This document shows positions 6,257 through 13,544 of a stretch of DNA of 13,544 bases, in pieces. Both the position numbers and the translations under genes were made by a program. Position 1 is the first letter of the stretch. Each line of letters begins with the position of its first letter. This DNA is from Clostridia bacterium (GTDB lineage Bacteria; Bacillota; Clostridia; TANB77; CAG-465), in the NCBI GenBank assembly GCA_045536565.1, contig JAZSNU010000001.1, positions 1-13,544 of the forward strand, in the 5' to 3' direction. The notes beneath the pieces are model-generated. The model was given only the letters and a program-made list of their open reading frames with translations, did not search any database and was not told the origin of the DNA.

Positions 6257-7651
6257 ATGGATTTAAAATATGAAAAGAAAAGTGTTTATGAAAAATTAAA
6301 TAAAGTTCAAGAAGAAGCTATGTTTGAATATGCAGATGATTACATTAGCTTTATAAACTACGCAAAAACAGAATATAGATGTGTAGAATATTTTAAAATG
6401 GCATTAGAAGAAGCAGGGTTTAAAGATATAAATAGTGTAGAGGGTGTACTCTCTTGTGGGGATAAAGTATACTTTATAAACAAAGATAGAAGTATTTATG
6501 CTGCAATAATCGGAGAGGATAAAGTATCTTCTGGAATGAATATTATTGGAGCACACATAGATAGTCCAAGACTAGATACAAAACCAATGCCTATGTTTGA
6601 AAGTCAAAATATGGCTATGCTAAAAACACAATATTATGGTGGGGTAAAAAAATATCAATGGCTTGCAATTCCTCTTTCTATGTACGGTATAGTATATAAC
6701 GAAAAAGGTGAAAGAATCGAAATAGTTATTGGAGATAAAAAGGACGATCCATGTTTTACTATAACGGATTTACTTCCACATCTTGCAAAGGGACAAATGG
6801 AGCTCACAGCAGATAAATTTATTGATCCAGAAAATATGGCTGTAATCATTGGCTCAATACCAAGTAAAGATGAAAAAGATAATAAAATAAAGATGAACAT
6901 ATTAAAAATATTAAATAAAAAGTACGGGATTAAAGAAATAGATTTTGCAAGAAGCGATATTCGTTTCGTACCAAGTTTTAAAGCAAAATATGTAGGTTTT
7001 GACAGAGGATTAATTGCAGGATATGGTCAAGATGATAGAGTTTGTTCATATGCTACTGTTAAGGCTATGGTAGATATTGCAAATGAAAACAAGACTTTAA
7101 AGAAAACATGTGTGGCTTTAATTGTGGATAAAGAGGAAATAGGAAGTGTTGGAAATACTTCAATGAGTTCAGAAGCTTTTGAACTTTTTGTTGCAACTAT
7201 GCTTGATAAAGTAGAAGAAAACAGCTGTAACTTAGCATTATATAACGCGATGAATAATTCTAAAATGTTGTCTGCCGATGTTGCAAATGCAGTAGATCCT
7301 ATGTATCAAGAAGTTAGTGACATACAAAATTCTAATATTATAGGATGTGGTGTTGCAATTGAGAAATATACAGGCTCTGGCGGTAAATATTCTGCAAGTG
7401 AGGCTAGTGCAAAATATACAGCATATGTAACTAATTTGTTTGAAAATAATGATATTCCTTATCAAATGGGTACACTTGGTAAAATAGGAAAAGGTGGAGG
7501 AGGAACAATTGCATACATCTTAGCAAATAAAGGTATGGATGTAATAGATTGTGGAACAGCAGTGCTTTCAATGCATTCACCTTATGAACTTACATCAACA
7601 GCTGATGTATATATGACATATAAAGCATATAAAACATTTTACTTAAATTAA
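6257..7651 (+). CDS. apeA: M18-family aminopeptidase (aminopeptidase 1 type)
   Basis: Metal-ligand motifs GAHIDSPRL, GQDDRVC, DKEEIGS, SADV and SMHSPYE. ATG 6257 follows AAAGGTGG (the ORF track starts at 6236). Confidence 0.92.
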   Translation: MDLKYEKKSVYEKLNKVQEEAMFEYADDYISFINYAKTEYRCVEYFKMALEEAGFKDINSVEGVLSCGDKVYFINKDRSIYAAIIGEDKVSSGMNIIGAHIDSPRLDTKPMPMFESQNMAMLKTQYYGGVKKYQWLAIPLSMYGIVYNEKGERIEIVIGDKKDDPCFTITDLLPHLAKGQMELTADKFIDPENMAVIIGSIPSKDEKDNKIKMNILKILNKKYGIKEIDFARSDIRFVPSFKAKYVGFDRGLIAGYGQDDRVCSYATVKAMVDIANENKTLKKTCVALIVDKEEIGSVGNTSMSSEAFELFVATMLDKVEENSCNLALYNAMNNSKMLSADVANAVDPMYQEVSDIQNSNIIGCGVAIEKYTGSGGKYSASEASAKYTAYVTNLFENNDIPYQMGTLGKIGKGGGGTIAYILANKGMDVIDCGTAVLSMHSPYELTSTADVYMTYKAYKTFYLN

Positions 7652-7666
7652 TAAAGGGGAAGGATA

Positions 7667-8779
7667 ATGTTTAAAACATTACTTAAAAATACAGATTTAG
7701 TAATACTTATATCAGTAATCCTCCTAGTTATAATTGGAATAGTAGGAATATATAGTGCAGGATATAACGATAGTGATTTAAAATCGGACTATGTTAAACA
7801 GTTTGTTTGGCTTATAGTATCCTTAGTTGTACTTACTATTGTTTGGCTACTTGATTATAATATGTTTGGAATTTTAAGCATACCATTTTATGTTATATGT
7901 TTAGGATTACTGGTTGCAGTTTTATTTACTGACAAAATATATGGGGCATCGAGTTGGTTTAATGTTGGCCCTATAAGTATTCAGCCATCTGAAATAACAA
8001 AAATAGTATATATATTGCTTTCTGCTAAGTTCATTACATATATAACTTCTAAGGATAAGAAAGCAATAAATAAATGGTATAATATAGCAGCTGTGTTTGG
8101 TATAATGCTTGTGCCAGTTCTATTAATACTTATGCAACCTGACTTTGGTACGGCAGCAGTATTTTTATCGATAACAATATTTATGCTATATAAAGCTGGT
8201 ATAAATTATAAATATATATTAGGTGGAATATTACTTTTGGTAATATTAGTACCTTTGGTATATTTTTTTGTGCTAAATGATATACAAAAAGATAGAATAC
8301 TTGTATTCTTAAACCCTGAACTTGATCCACTAGGAAGTGGATATAATGCTATACAATCTAAAATTGCAGTAGGTGCAGGGCAGATTTTTGGGACAGGCTT
8401 ACTTAAAGGGACACAAACACAATATGGATATCTACCGGTAAAAACATCCGATTTTATATTTTCTGTTATATCTGAGGAATTGGGCTTTATTATTTCAACA
8501 CTTCTTGTTATAATATATACAGTATTATTAATTAGAATTGTAAATATTTCAAAAACTGCTAAGGACATGTATGGCTCTTTGGTTGCTATTGGAATATTTG
8601 GAATGATATTCTTCCATTTCTTAGAAAATGTAGGAATGACAATGGGACTTTTACCTATAACGGGTATACCACTTCCGTTTGTAAGTTATGGTGGTAGTAA
8701 TTTGCTTACAAACTTTATAGCAATAGGTATAGTTCTAAGTATTAGTGCAAGAAGACAAAGAACGCTATTTATAGATTAA
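7667..8779 (+). CDS. rodA: SEDS peptidoglycan polymerase, rod shape-determining protein RodA
   Basis: About 10 TM segments with IQPSEITK, QPDFGTA, DPLGSGYN, TSDFIFSVISEELGF and PITGIPLPFVSYGGS. RBS AAGGGGAAGG. Confidence 0.9.
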   Translation: MFKTLLKNTDLVILISVILLVIIGIVGIYSAGYNDSDLKSDYVKQFVWLIVSLVVLTIVWLLDYNMFGILSIPFYVICLGLLVAVLFTDKIYGASSWFNVGPISIQPSEITKIVYILLSAKFITYITSKDKKAINKWYNIAAVFGIMLVPVLLILMQPDFGTAAVFLSITIFMLYKAGINYKYILGGILLLVILVPLVYFFVLNDIQKDRILVFLNPELDPLGSGYNAIQSKIAVGAGQIFGTGLLKGTQTQYGYLPVKTSDFIFSVISEELGFIISTLLVIIYTVLLIRIVNISKTAKDMYGSLVAIGIFGMIFFHFLENVGMTMGLLPITGIPLPFVSYGGSNLLTNFIAIGIVLSISARRQRTLFID

Positions 8780-8802
8780 AAAATATAAGGGGGAAAAAAT
8801 AT

Positions 8803-9243
8803 ATGAATAAGAGAAGAGGTGTTACAACAGCAGTAATTGTTCTTGCCGTTGTTATTATGTTTATAATACTTACAACAGCAACAATAGTAGGAAGTAGAAA
8901 TATTAATACTGTAAATTATGAAGAATATATGAGTCAATTAAATAGGGTATCAGATTGTGTAAATGCATATATCCTAGCAAATGATGAGCTGCCAGTAAGA
9001 GATTCATATGAGATAGTTGCAAATGCTGGTTTTACACAAGATTTCAAAAATGAATTAATTGAAAATGGGGATATGAATAATAATCTATTTGTAATAGACA
9101 TGAATAAATTAGATGTAAATAATGTAAGTAAAGGAAAAGGGACAGTTCAAGATAGAGATGTATTCCTAGTTGCAGAAAACTCAAACAATATCTATTATTA
9201 TAAAGGGTACTTATTCAGAGGAACTGTATATTATGGGGTGTAA
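8803..9243 (+). CDS. Type IV pilin-like protein (prepilin-type N-terminus)
   Basis: Basic leader MNKRRG followed by a ~22-aa hydrophobic helix and then an amphipathic helix. Lacks the canonical Glu+5. Confidence 0.6.
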   Translation: MNKRRGVTTAVIVLAVVIMFIILTTATIVGSRNINTVNYEEYMSQLNRVSDCVNAYILANDELPVRDSYEIVANAGFTQDFKNELIENGDMNNNLFVIDMNKLDVNNVSKGKGTVQDRDVFLVAENSNNIYYYKGYLFRGTVYYGV

Positions 9244-9253
9244 TTATTAATTT

Positions 9254-10225
9254 ATGAATAAATATGTAAAAAGTATAAAAGTTGGAGATGTAGAACTTAA
9301 AAACAATATATTTTTAGCACCTATGGCAGGTATAACAGACCTGCCTTTTAGGCATATTTGTTTGAAATATAATCCGGGATTAATGTGTACTGAAATGGTA
9401 AGTGCAAAAGGATTAGTTTATGAAGGTATAAAGACAAATAAAATGCTTACGCTTTTAAAAGGTGAAAGACCAGCGGCTGTGCAGATATTTGGAAGTGAAA
9501 AAGAAGATATAAAAGGAGCAATAGAAAAATTAAATGAAATAGATGAAATATCAATTATAGATATAAATATGGGATGTCCTGCTCCGAAAGTTACTAAAAA
9601 TGGTGATGGTTCAGCGTTATTAAAAGATTTAAACAAAATAGAAGAAATATTAAAAGTTGCAGTTACAACTTCTAAAAAGCCTATTACAGTAAAGATGAGA
9701 ATTGGTTATGGCAGACAAGATAATATTGCGGTTAAGCTTGCTAAAATTTGTGAAAAAACAGGTGTTAAGGCTATTACTGTACATGGAAGAACAAAAGAGC
9801 AAATGTATACAGGAAAAGCAGATTTAGATACAATAAAGAAGGTTAAAGAGGCTGTAAGCATTCCAGTTATAGGAAACGGGGATATAGTAGATTTAGAATC
9901 TGCAAAATATATGTTTGAGTATACTGGTGTAGATGGGATAATGATTGGTAGAGGCGCTATGGGAAATCCTTGGATATTTAAAGAAATATTAGAGAATAAA
10001 AAGCCAGAAATACCAAATAAAGAAAGACTAGATATTATGCTAGAACATATAAATGTAGCAGTAGAGTATTACGGAGAAAAAAGAGCAATACCAGAGATGA
10101 GAAAACATATAGCATGTTATCTTAAAGGATTAAAAAATAGTTCATATGTAAAAGACTTAATAAATAGGGAAACTTCAAAACAAAAGGTAGAAGATTTTTT
10201 AAAAGAATATTTTGAAAGTATATAA
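9254..10225 (+). CDS. dusB: tRNA-dihydrouridine synthase B
   Basis: LAPMAGITD, TEMVSAKG, VQIFGS, IDINMGCPAPKV, TVHGRT, VIGNGDI and MIGRGAMGNPWIF. Confidence 0.96.
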   Translation: MNKYVKSIKVGDVELKNNIFLAPMAGITDLPFRHICLKYNPGLMCTEMVSAKGLVYEGIKTNKMLTLLKGERPAAVQIFGSEKEDIKGAIEKLNEIDEISIIDINMGCPAPKVTKNGDGSALLKDLNKIEEILKVAVTTSKKPITVKMRIGYGRQDNIAVKLAKICEKTGVKAITVHGRTKEQMYTGKADLDTIKKVKEAVSIPVIGNGDIVDLESAKYMFEYTGVDGIMIGRGAMGNPWIFKEILENKKPEIPNKERLDIMLEHINVAVEYYGEKRAIPEMRKHIACYLKGLKNSSYVKDLINRETSKQKVEDFLKEYFESI

Positions 10226-10232
10226 ATATATG

Positions 10233-10288
10233 AAGACTCACTTACATATAATCTAATATAATTTAGATATGTGTAAAGGAGTTTTTTT
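10233..10288 (+). terminator. Imperfect long hairpin plus T7 after dusB, covering the next RBS
   Basis: GACTC..TTACATAT..ATCTAA pairs with TTAGAT-ATGTGTAA..GAGTT. T run at 10282-10288. The 3' arm includes AAAGGAG (10275-10281). Confidence 0.5.
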
Positions 10289-11020
10289 ATGCTTGTATTA
10301 AATATTAAGAATATATTAAGGAATAAATTAACATTAGTATTGTTTGGATTAATATCTATACTTGTAATACTTACAATAATTGTATATACACTAGCCATGA
10401 AATCAAATATTTTAAGAGGAACTAAAATAGGAGATATTATTGGTAGAATAGGAAGTGATAATAATATAATTAATATGACAAGTTATAGTGCAGAGTTTGA
10501 AATTACGGTAAAAAGTAATAAAAATACAAATACATACACTATGAAGGAATGGTATAAAAAAGGAATTGGAACAAAACAGGAGTATTTGGATAGCAGTAAT
10601 AATAAAGTTACAATACTTACATTAAATAACAAAACTATAATACAAAACGAAAATCAAAAAAATGTTATGGTACTTAATGAATATATAACTAAATATACAA
10701 ATTTACTTAGTATAAATACCTTTATAGACATATACCAAAAATATAAAGAAAAAGATTGTTGTTTTGATGCAAATAGTTATGAAAAAGTAAATAATATATA
10801 CATGATATTAGACAATAGTTGTAAAATGGGAGAAAATTGTAATTGTGATGTAAGTGAAATAGTTAAAAATGTTAGTAAAATAGAATTAAAAGTAGATAAA
10901 AATACAGGAAAACCTATTACATATATAGTATATGACAATGACAAAAAGGAGTGTATAAGCATAGTATATAACAAGTTTGATATTAATGCAGAAATAAAAG
11001 AGAAAGAGTTTAAGGAATAA
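10289..11020 (+). CDS. GerS/YdcC-like (LolA-fold) membrane-anchored sporulation/germination protein
   Basis: N-terminal TM helix, then SYSAEFEITVKSNKNTNTYTMKEWYK and C-terminal KIELKVDKNTGKPITYIVYD...IVYNKF, which resemble GerS-type proteins. Its position before mazF matches the ydcC/gerS-alr-mazE-mazF locus. Confidence 0.6.
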   Translation: MLVLNIKNILRNKLTLVLFGLISILVILTIIVYTLAMKSNILRGTKIGDIIGRIGSDNNIINMTSYSAEFEITVKSNKNTNTYTMKEWYKKGIGTKQEYLDSSNNKVTILTLNNKTIIQNENQKNVMVLNEYITKYTNLLSINTFIDIYQKYKEKDCCFDANSYEKVNNIYMILDNSCKMGENCNCDVSEIVKNVSKIELKVDKNTGKPITYIVYDNDKKECISIVYNKFDINAEIKEKEFKE

Positions 11021-11085
11021 TATAAAAATAGTACATATATCATATCTGCATAATATCAAACAAATAGCAAGATGGGAAGTGTGAT

Positions 11086-11472
11086 ATGAAAGTAAAAAGA
11101 GGAGATATATATTATGCTGATTTAAGTCCGGTAATAGGTAGTGAACAAGCAGGAGTAAGACCAATACTTGTTGTACAAAATGATATAGGTAATAAATTTA
11201 GTCCTACAATAATAGGGATAGCAATAACATCAAAACAAAAGGCTAAACTACCTACACATATAGAAATAGAGGGAACAAAATATGGGCTTGATAAAGATTC
11301 AGTTATATTAGCAGAGCAAATTAGAACACTAGATAAAAGAAGACTTAAAGAAAAGGTAGGAAGATTAGATAAAGAAACTATGGAGAAAGTAAAGAGGGCA
11401 ATAGAGATAAGCTTTGGGATAAGAGGAGAGCTAAATCTTGAAGAGATGTATTTAAGAGGATTGTTTGAGTGA
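11086..11472 (+). CDS. mazF: MazF/PemK-family endoribonuclease (EndoA type)
   Basis: [45 protein letters not shown] and [17 protein letters not shown] closely follow B. subtilis NdoA. Catalytic Arg (GVRP) and Thr (AITS) are retained. Confidence 0.96.
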   Translation: MKVKRGDIYYADLSPVIGSEQAGVRPILVVQNDIGNKFSPTIIGIAITSKQKAKLPTHIEIEGTKYGLDKDSVILAEQIRTLDKRRLKEKVGRLDKETMEKVKRAIEISFGIRGELNLEEMYLRGLFE

Positions 11473-11484
11473 AAAAATTATATA

Positions 11485-11512
11485 TTGAATATAACAAAAA
11501 GTGTGGTATAAT
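11485..11512 (+). promoter_or_regulatory. SigA-type promoter
   Basis: TTGAAT (11485-11490), 16 bp, TATAAT (11507-11512) with extended TG. Confidence 0.65.
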
Positions 11513-11561
11513 AAGTAAAACAAAAAATAAACTAAAATCTAATTAGAAAAGGGGAATAGAT

Positions 11562-11963
11562 ATGAATAAAAAAGATTTTAAGAAATACATCGAGGAAAAT
11601 GTAAGTGGTATGAGTTTATCTCGGCAGATAAAAGAATTACGAAAAATCGAAAATGTGTATCTTCCAGAAATTATAAACGCAAAGAAGAAAAAAGAAGGAA
11701 CATGGGTGCCTAAAAAGGATATGGATAAATATATATTTTGCGAGAAATGCCAAAAGTATCATTTAAAAAAGAAATGGAAAGAAGAGTTAGTAAGAGAAGT
11801 TAGAACAGTAACAACATATATAGATGCAGGGTACGGAGATGATGATAAAATGGGAGATGTAGAATATATGGTTTCATATCATACATGTCCGTGTTGTGGT
11901 GAGAAACAGGAAACAAAAAAACTGTATATTAAAACTTTAAGGGAATGGTATAGAAGAGGATAA
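11562..11963 (+). CDS. Hypothetical basic protein with CxxC...CxxC zinc ribbon
   Basis: CEKC and CPCC separated by ~45 aa. It has an RBS AAAGGGG, its own promoter and a terminator. Confidence 0.82.
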   Translation: MNKKDFKKYIEENVSGMSLSRQIKELRKIENVYLPEIINAKKKKEGTWVPKKDMDKYIFCEKCQKYHLKKKWKEELVREVRTVTTYIDAGYGDDDKMGDVEYMVSYHTCPCCGEKQETKKLYIKTLREWYRRG

Positions 11964-11969
11964 AGTAGA

Positions 11970-12002
11970 TAGAAGGGTTCAGATTGAACCCTTCTAATTT
12001 TA
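11970..12002 (+). terminator. Intrinsic terminator
   Basis: Perfect 11-bp stem TAGAAGGGTTC/GAACCCTTCTA followed by ATTTT. Confidence 0.85.
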
Positions 12003-12167
12003 TGGCATAAGAGGTGAGTTAAGCTCGTAAGAAATATATCAAAAATGATTCTTTGAATAAAATATTGGAAAAAGTTAAAAAAACTTAGCATAGGGAGATA
12101 TACAAGTTGACAATTTGTATGTTTTGTGTAAAAATAAAACTATAAAATATGTATGGAGGAAGATGTT

Positions 12168-12791
12168 ATGGAAGAAAAATTAGTATATGATGAAGATGGT
12201 TATGATCAATATGGCTACAATGAAGATGGATTTGATAGAGAAGGCATTCATAAAGATACAGGAACAGTATATGATACATATGGCTATAAAAAAGATGGCT
12301 TTGATGATAATGGTTTTGATATAAATGGCTATGACAAAGATGGCTATGATGAAAACGATTTTCATGTTTCAGGAATCCATAAGCGTACAGGAACAATATA
12401 TGATGAAGAAGGATATAACTTTCTTGGTTTTAATGAAGAAGGTTATAATAGAGAAGGCTACGATAGAGAAGGCTATGACAAAGATGGTTTTGATGAAGAT
12501 GGCTATGATATGTATGGTTATGATAAAAAAGGTTTTGATAAACAGGGCTATAACAAAGAAGGCGAACACAGAATGGCATTAGAAGCAGAAGAATATTACA
12601 AAGATGAATTTGAAGATTTTGGTGAATTTGAGGATTTTGATGATTTTGATGATTTTGATTTTGATACAAGAGATGAAATTATTGAAGAAATAAATGGTAA
12701 AAGAGAAAAATTAAAAGAGAAAAGATTAGAATTAGAATCTTTGGAAGAAAAAAATAGAGATGAACAAGGGGAAAATGTGTATGGGGAATAA
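12168..12791 (+). CDS. Acidic G[YF][DN]xx pentapeptide-repeat protein with C-terminal coiled coil
   Basis: GGAGG at 12155-12159 then ATG 12168. Roughly 20 G[YF][DN]xx units, two GIHKxTGTxYD modules, a D/E-F tract and a charged helical tail. Confidence 0.85.
   Translation: MEEKLVYDEDGYDQYGYNEDGFDREGIHKDTGTVYDTYGYKKDGFDDNGFDINGYDKDGYDENDFHVSGIHKRTGTIYDEEGYNFLGFNEEGYNREGYDREGYDKDGFDEDGYDMYGYDKKGFDKQGYNKEGEHRMALEAEEYYKDEFEDFGEFEDFDDFDDFDFDTRDEIIEEINGKREKLKEKRLELESLEEKNRDEQGENVYGE
12603..12665 (+). repeat. Degenerate 9-nt repeat (GATTTTGAT) encoding an acidic DF/EF tract
   Basis: ...GATTTTGAT GATTTTGAT GATTTTGAT TTTGAT..., translated DEFEDFGEFEDFDDFDDFDFD. Confidence 0.8.
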
Positions 12792-13122
12792 TTCTTTGTC
12801 AGTAAAAGAAAATAATATTTTTTCTAAAATAAAATGTTTTTTTAAATCATTATTTTATAAAGAACAAAAAAATGAAGAAAAAGTAGTAGAAAATGAAATA
12901 AAAATAGAAAACAATAATTCATTTTTAGAAGAAATAAAAGGTCAAACTAATGTTGAAGATGCAGGAAAAGAAGATGCAATAAAAGATATTGTAAATACAG
13001 TAGAAAAAAATCCTGAAACTCTTAATAAATTATCAATGAAACAATTAAAATATGTTAATAAATATTATGATAAAGAACTAGAAGAAGTAGATAAAAAAAT
13101 AAATAAATTAAAGAAAAATTAA
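12781..13122 (+). CDS. Hypothetical protein with N-terminal amphipathic helix and coiled-coil tail
   Basis: AAGGGG RBS then ATG 12781, overlapping the upstream stop by 11 nt. Contains NIFSKIKCFFKSLF. Confidence 0.78.
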   Translation: MGNNSLSVKENNIFSKIKCFFKSLFYKEQKNEEKVVENEIKIENNNSFLEEIKGQTNVEDAGKEDAIKDIVNTVEKNPETLNKLSMKQLKYVNKYYDKELEEVDKKINKLKKN

Positions 13123-13172
13123 TCAAATGCAGTAGAACTTTTGAGTATGGTTGTTATGAGAGGGGTAACTTA

Positions 13173-13544
13173 ATGTCGTATGCAGAGAAAATAAAGAAAA
13201 ATAATACTATTATAAATGGTATGATTGAAGATGTTATACAATATATGAAGCAAAACAATATATCTGCAATAGAAGAAGAAAATGGTGAATTTAAATTAAA
13301 TGAAATGGCTTCACAAATAATGAAATATGAGCTTAATAAAATACTATTAATTTATGATAGAGAATTTTATTATTTAAAGGACAGAGAAAAATATAATACA
13401 AATATTACTATAAGAAAGCATAATGATATAGATGCTTTTGGACACAGTGGTGGTATGGAACTTGCATCAGGAACAGCAGAGGCTATAAAAAAATTAAGTT
13501 CTGAATTAACATATTCAAAAGACAAAAATGGAAGAATTAGATTT
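13173..13544 (+). CDS. Hypothetical protein, N-terminal part (truncated by window end)
   Basis: GAGGGG RBS then ATG 13173. Open for 124 codons to the window end (MSYAEKIKKNNTIINGMIEDVIQYMKQ...). It is not in the supplied ORF track. Confidence 0.8.
   Translation, partial: MSYAEKIKKNNTIINGMIEDVIQYMKQNNISAIEEENGEFKLNEMASQIMKYELNKILLIYDREFYYLKDREKYNTNITIRKHNDIDAFGHSGGMELASGTAEAIKKLSSELTYSKDKNGRIRF

Noticed and set aside
11032-11036. TACAT (EndoA cleavage motif UACAU) in the mazF leader as autoregulation
   Set aside because: The pentamer is frequent in DNA this AT-rich, so one occurrence is not informative.
1985-12091. Minus-strand ORFs antisense to real genes (1985-2227, 3630-3863, 6655-6900, 7238-7465, 8206-8568, 9418-9636, 10117-10398, 10777-11043, 10886-11164, 11879-12091)
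   Set aside because: Shadow ORFs with no recognisable motifs. 10886-11164 was considered as an antisense antitoxin for mazF but has no support.
12101-12135. TTGACA (12107-12112) within a small ATACAA/TTGTAT inverted repeat as promoter/operator of the repeat-protein operon
   Set aside because: Plausible, but the -10 is poor (TAAAAA at 16 bp), so it was not called.
12166-12669. Multiple alternative-frame and antisense ORFs, and a possible CRISPR-like periodicity, over the repeat gene
   Set aside because: Explained by the 15-nt coding repeat suppressing stops in other frames. There are no identical repeats with unique spacers and no cas genes.

Overview
AT-rich Firmicute (Clostridia-like) chromosomal window. 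It begins with the 3' end of a 5S rRNA and tRNA-Asn(GTT). The tRNA 3' end is the integration site of a ~1.2 kb integrase-less element (128-1319). That element is bounded by a 14-bp direct repeat, carries paired GCAGTAC arm-type repeats at both ends, brings a replacement terminator, and holds one cargo gene (XRE-HTH/2TM/zinc-ribbon regulator) that is itself flanked by a degenerate dyad site. Stand-alone transcription units follow: a GNAT acetyltransferase, a monofunctional transglycosylase, an orphan plus Det1-like histidine phosphatase, and a convergent FAD oxidoreductase. Next is a co-oriented run of M18 aminopeptidase, rodA, a pilin-like gene, dusB, a GerS/YdcC-like gene and mazF (ndoA), lacking the alr and mazE genes normally found between gerS and mazF. 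The window ends with orphans: a zinc-ribbon protein, a GYD/GFD-repeat acidic protein, an amphipathic-helix protein and a truncated ORF. All calls come from reading motifs by eye; no searches were run.
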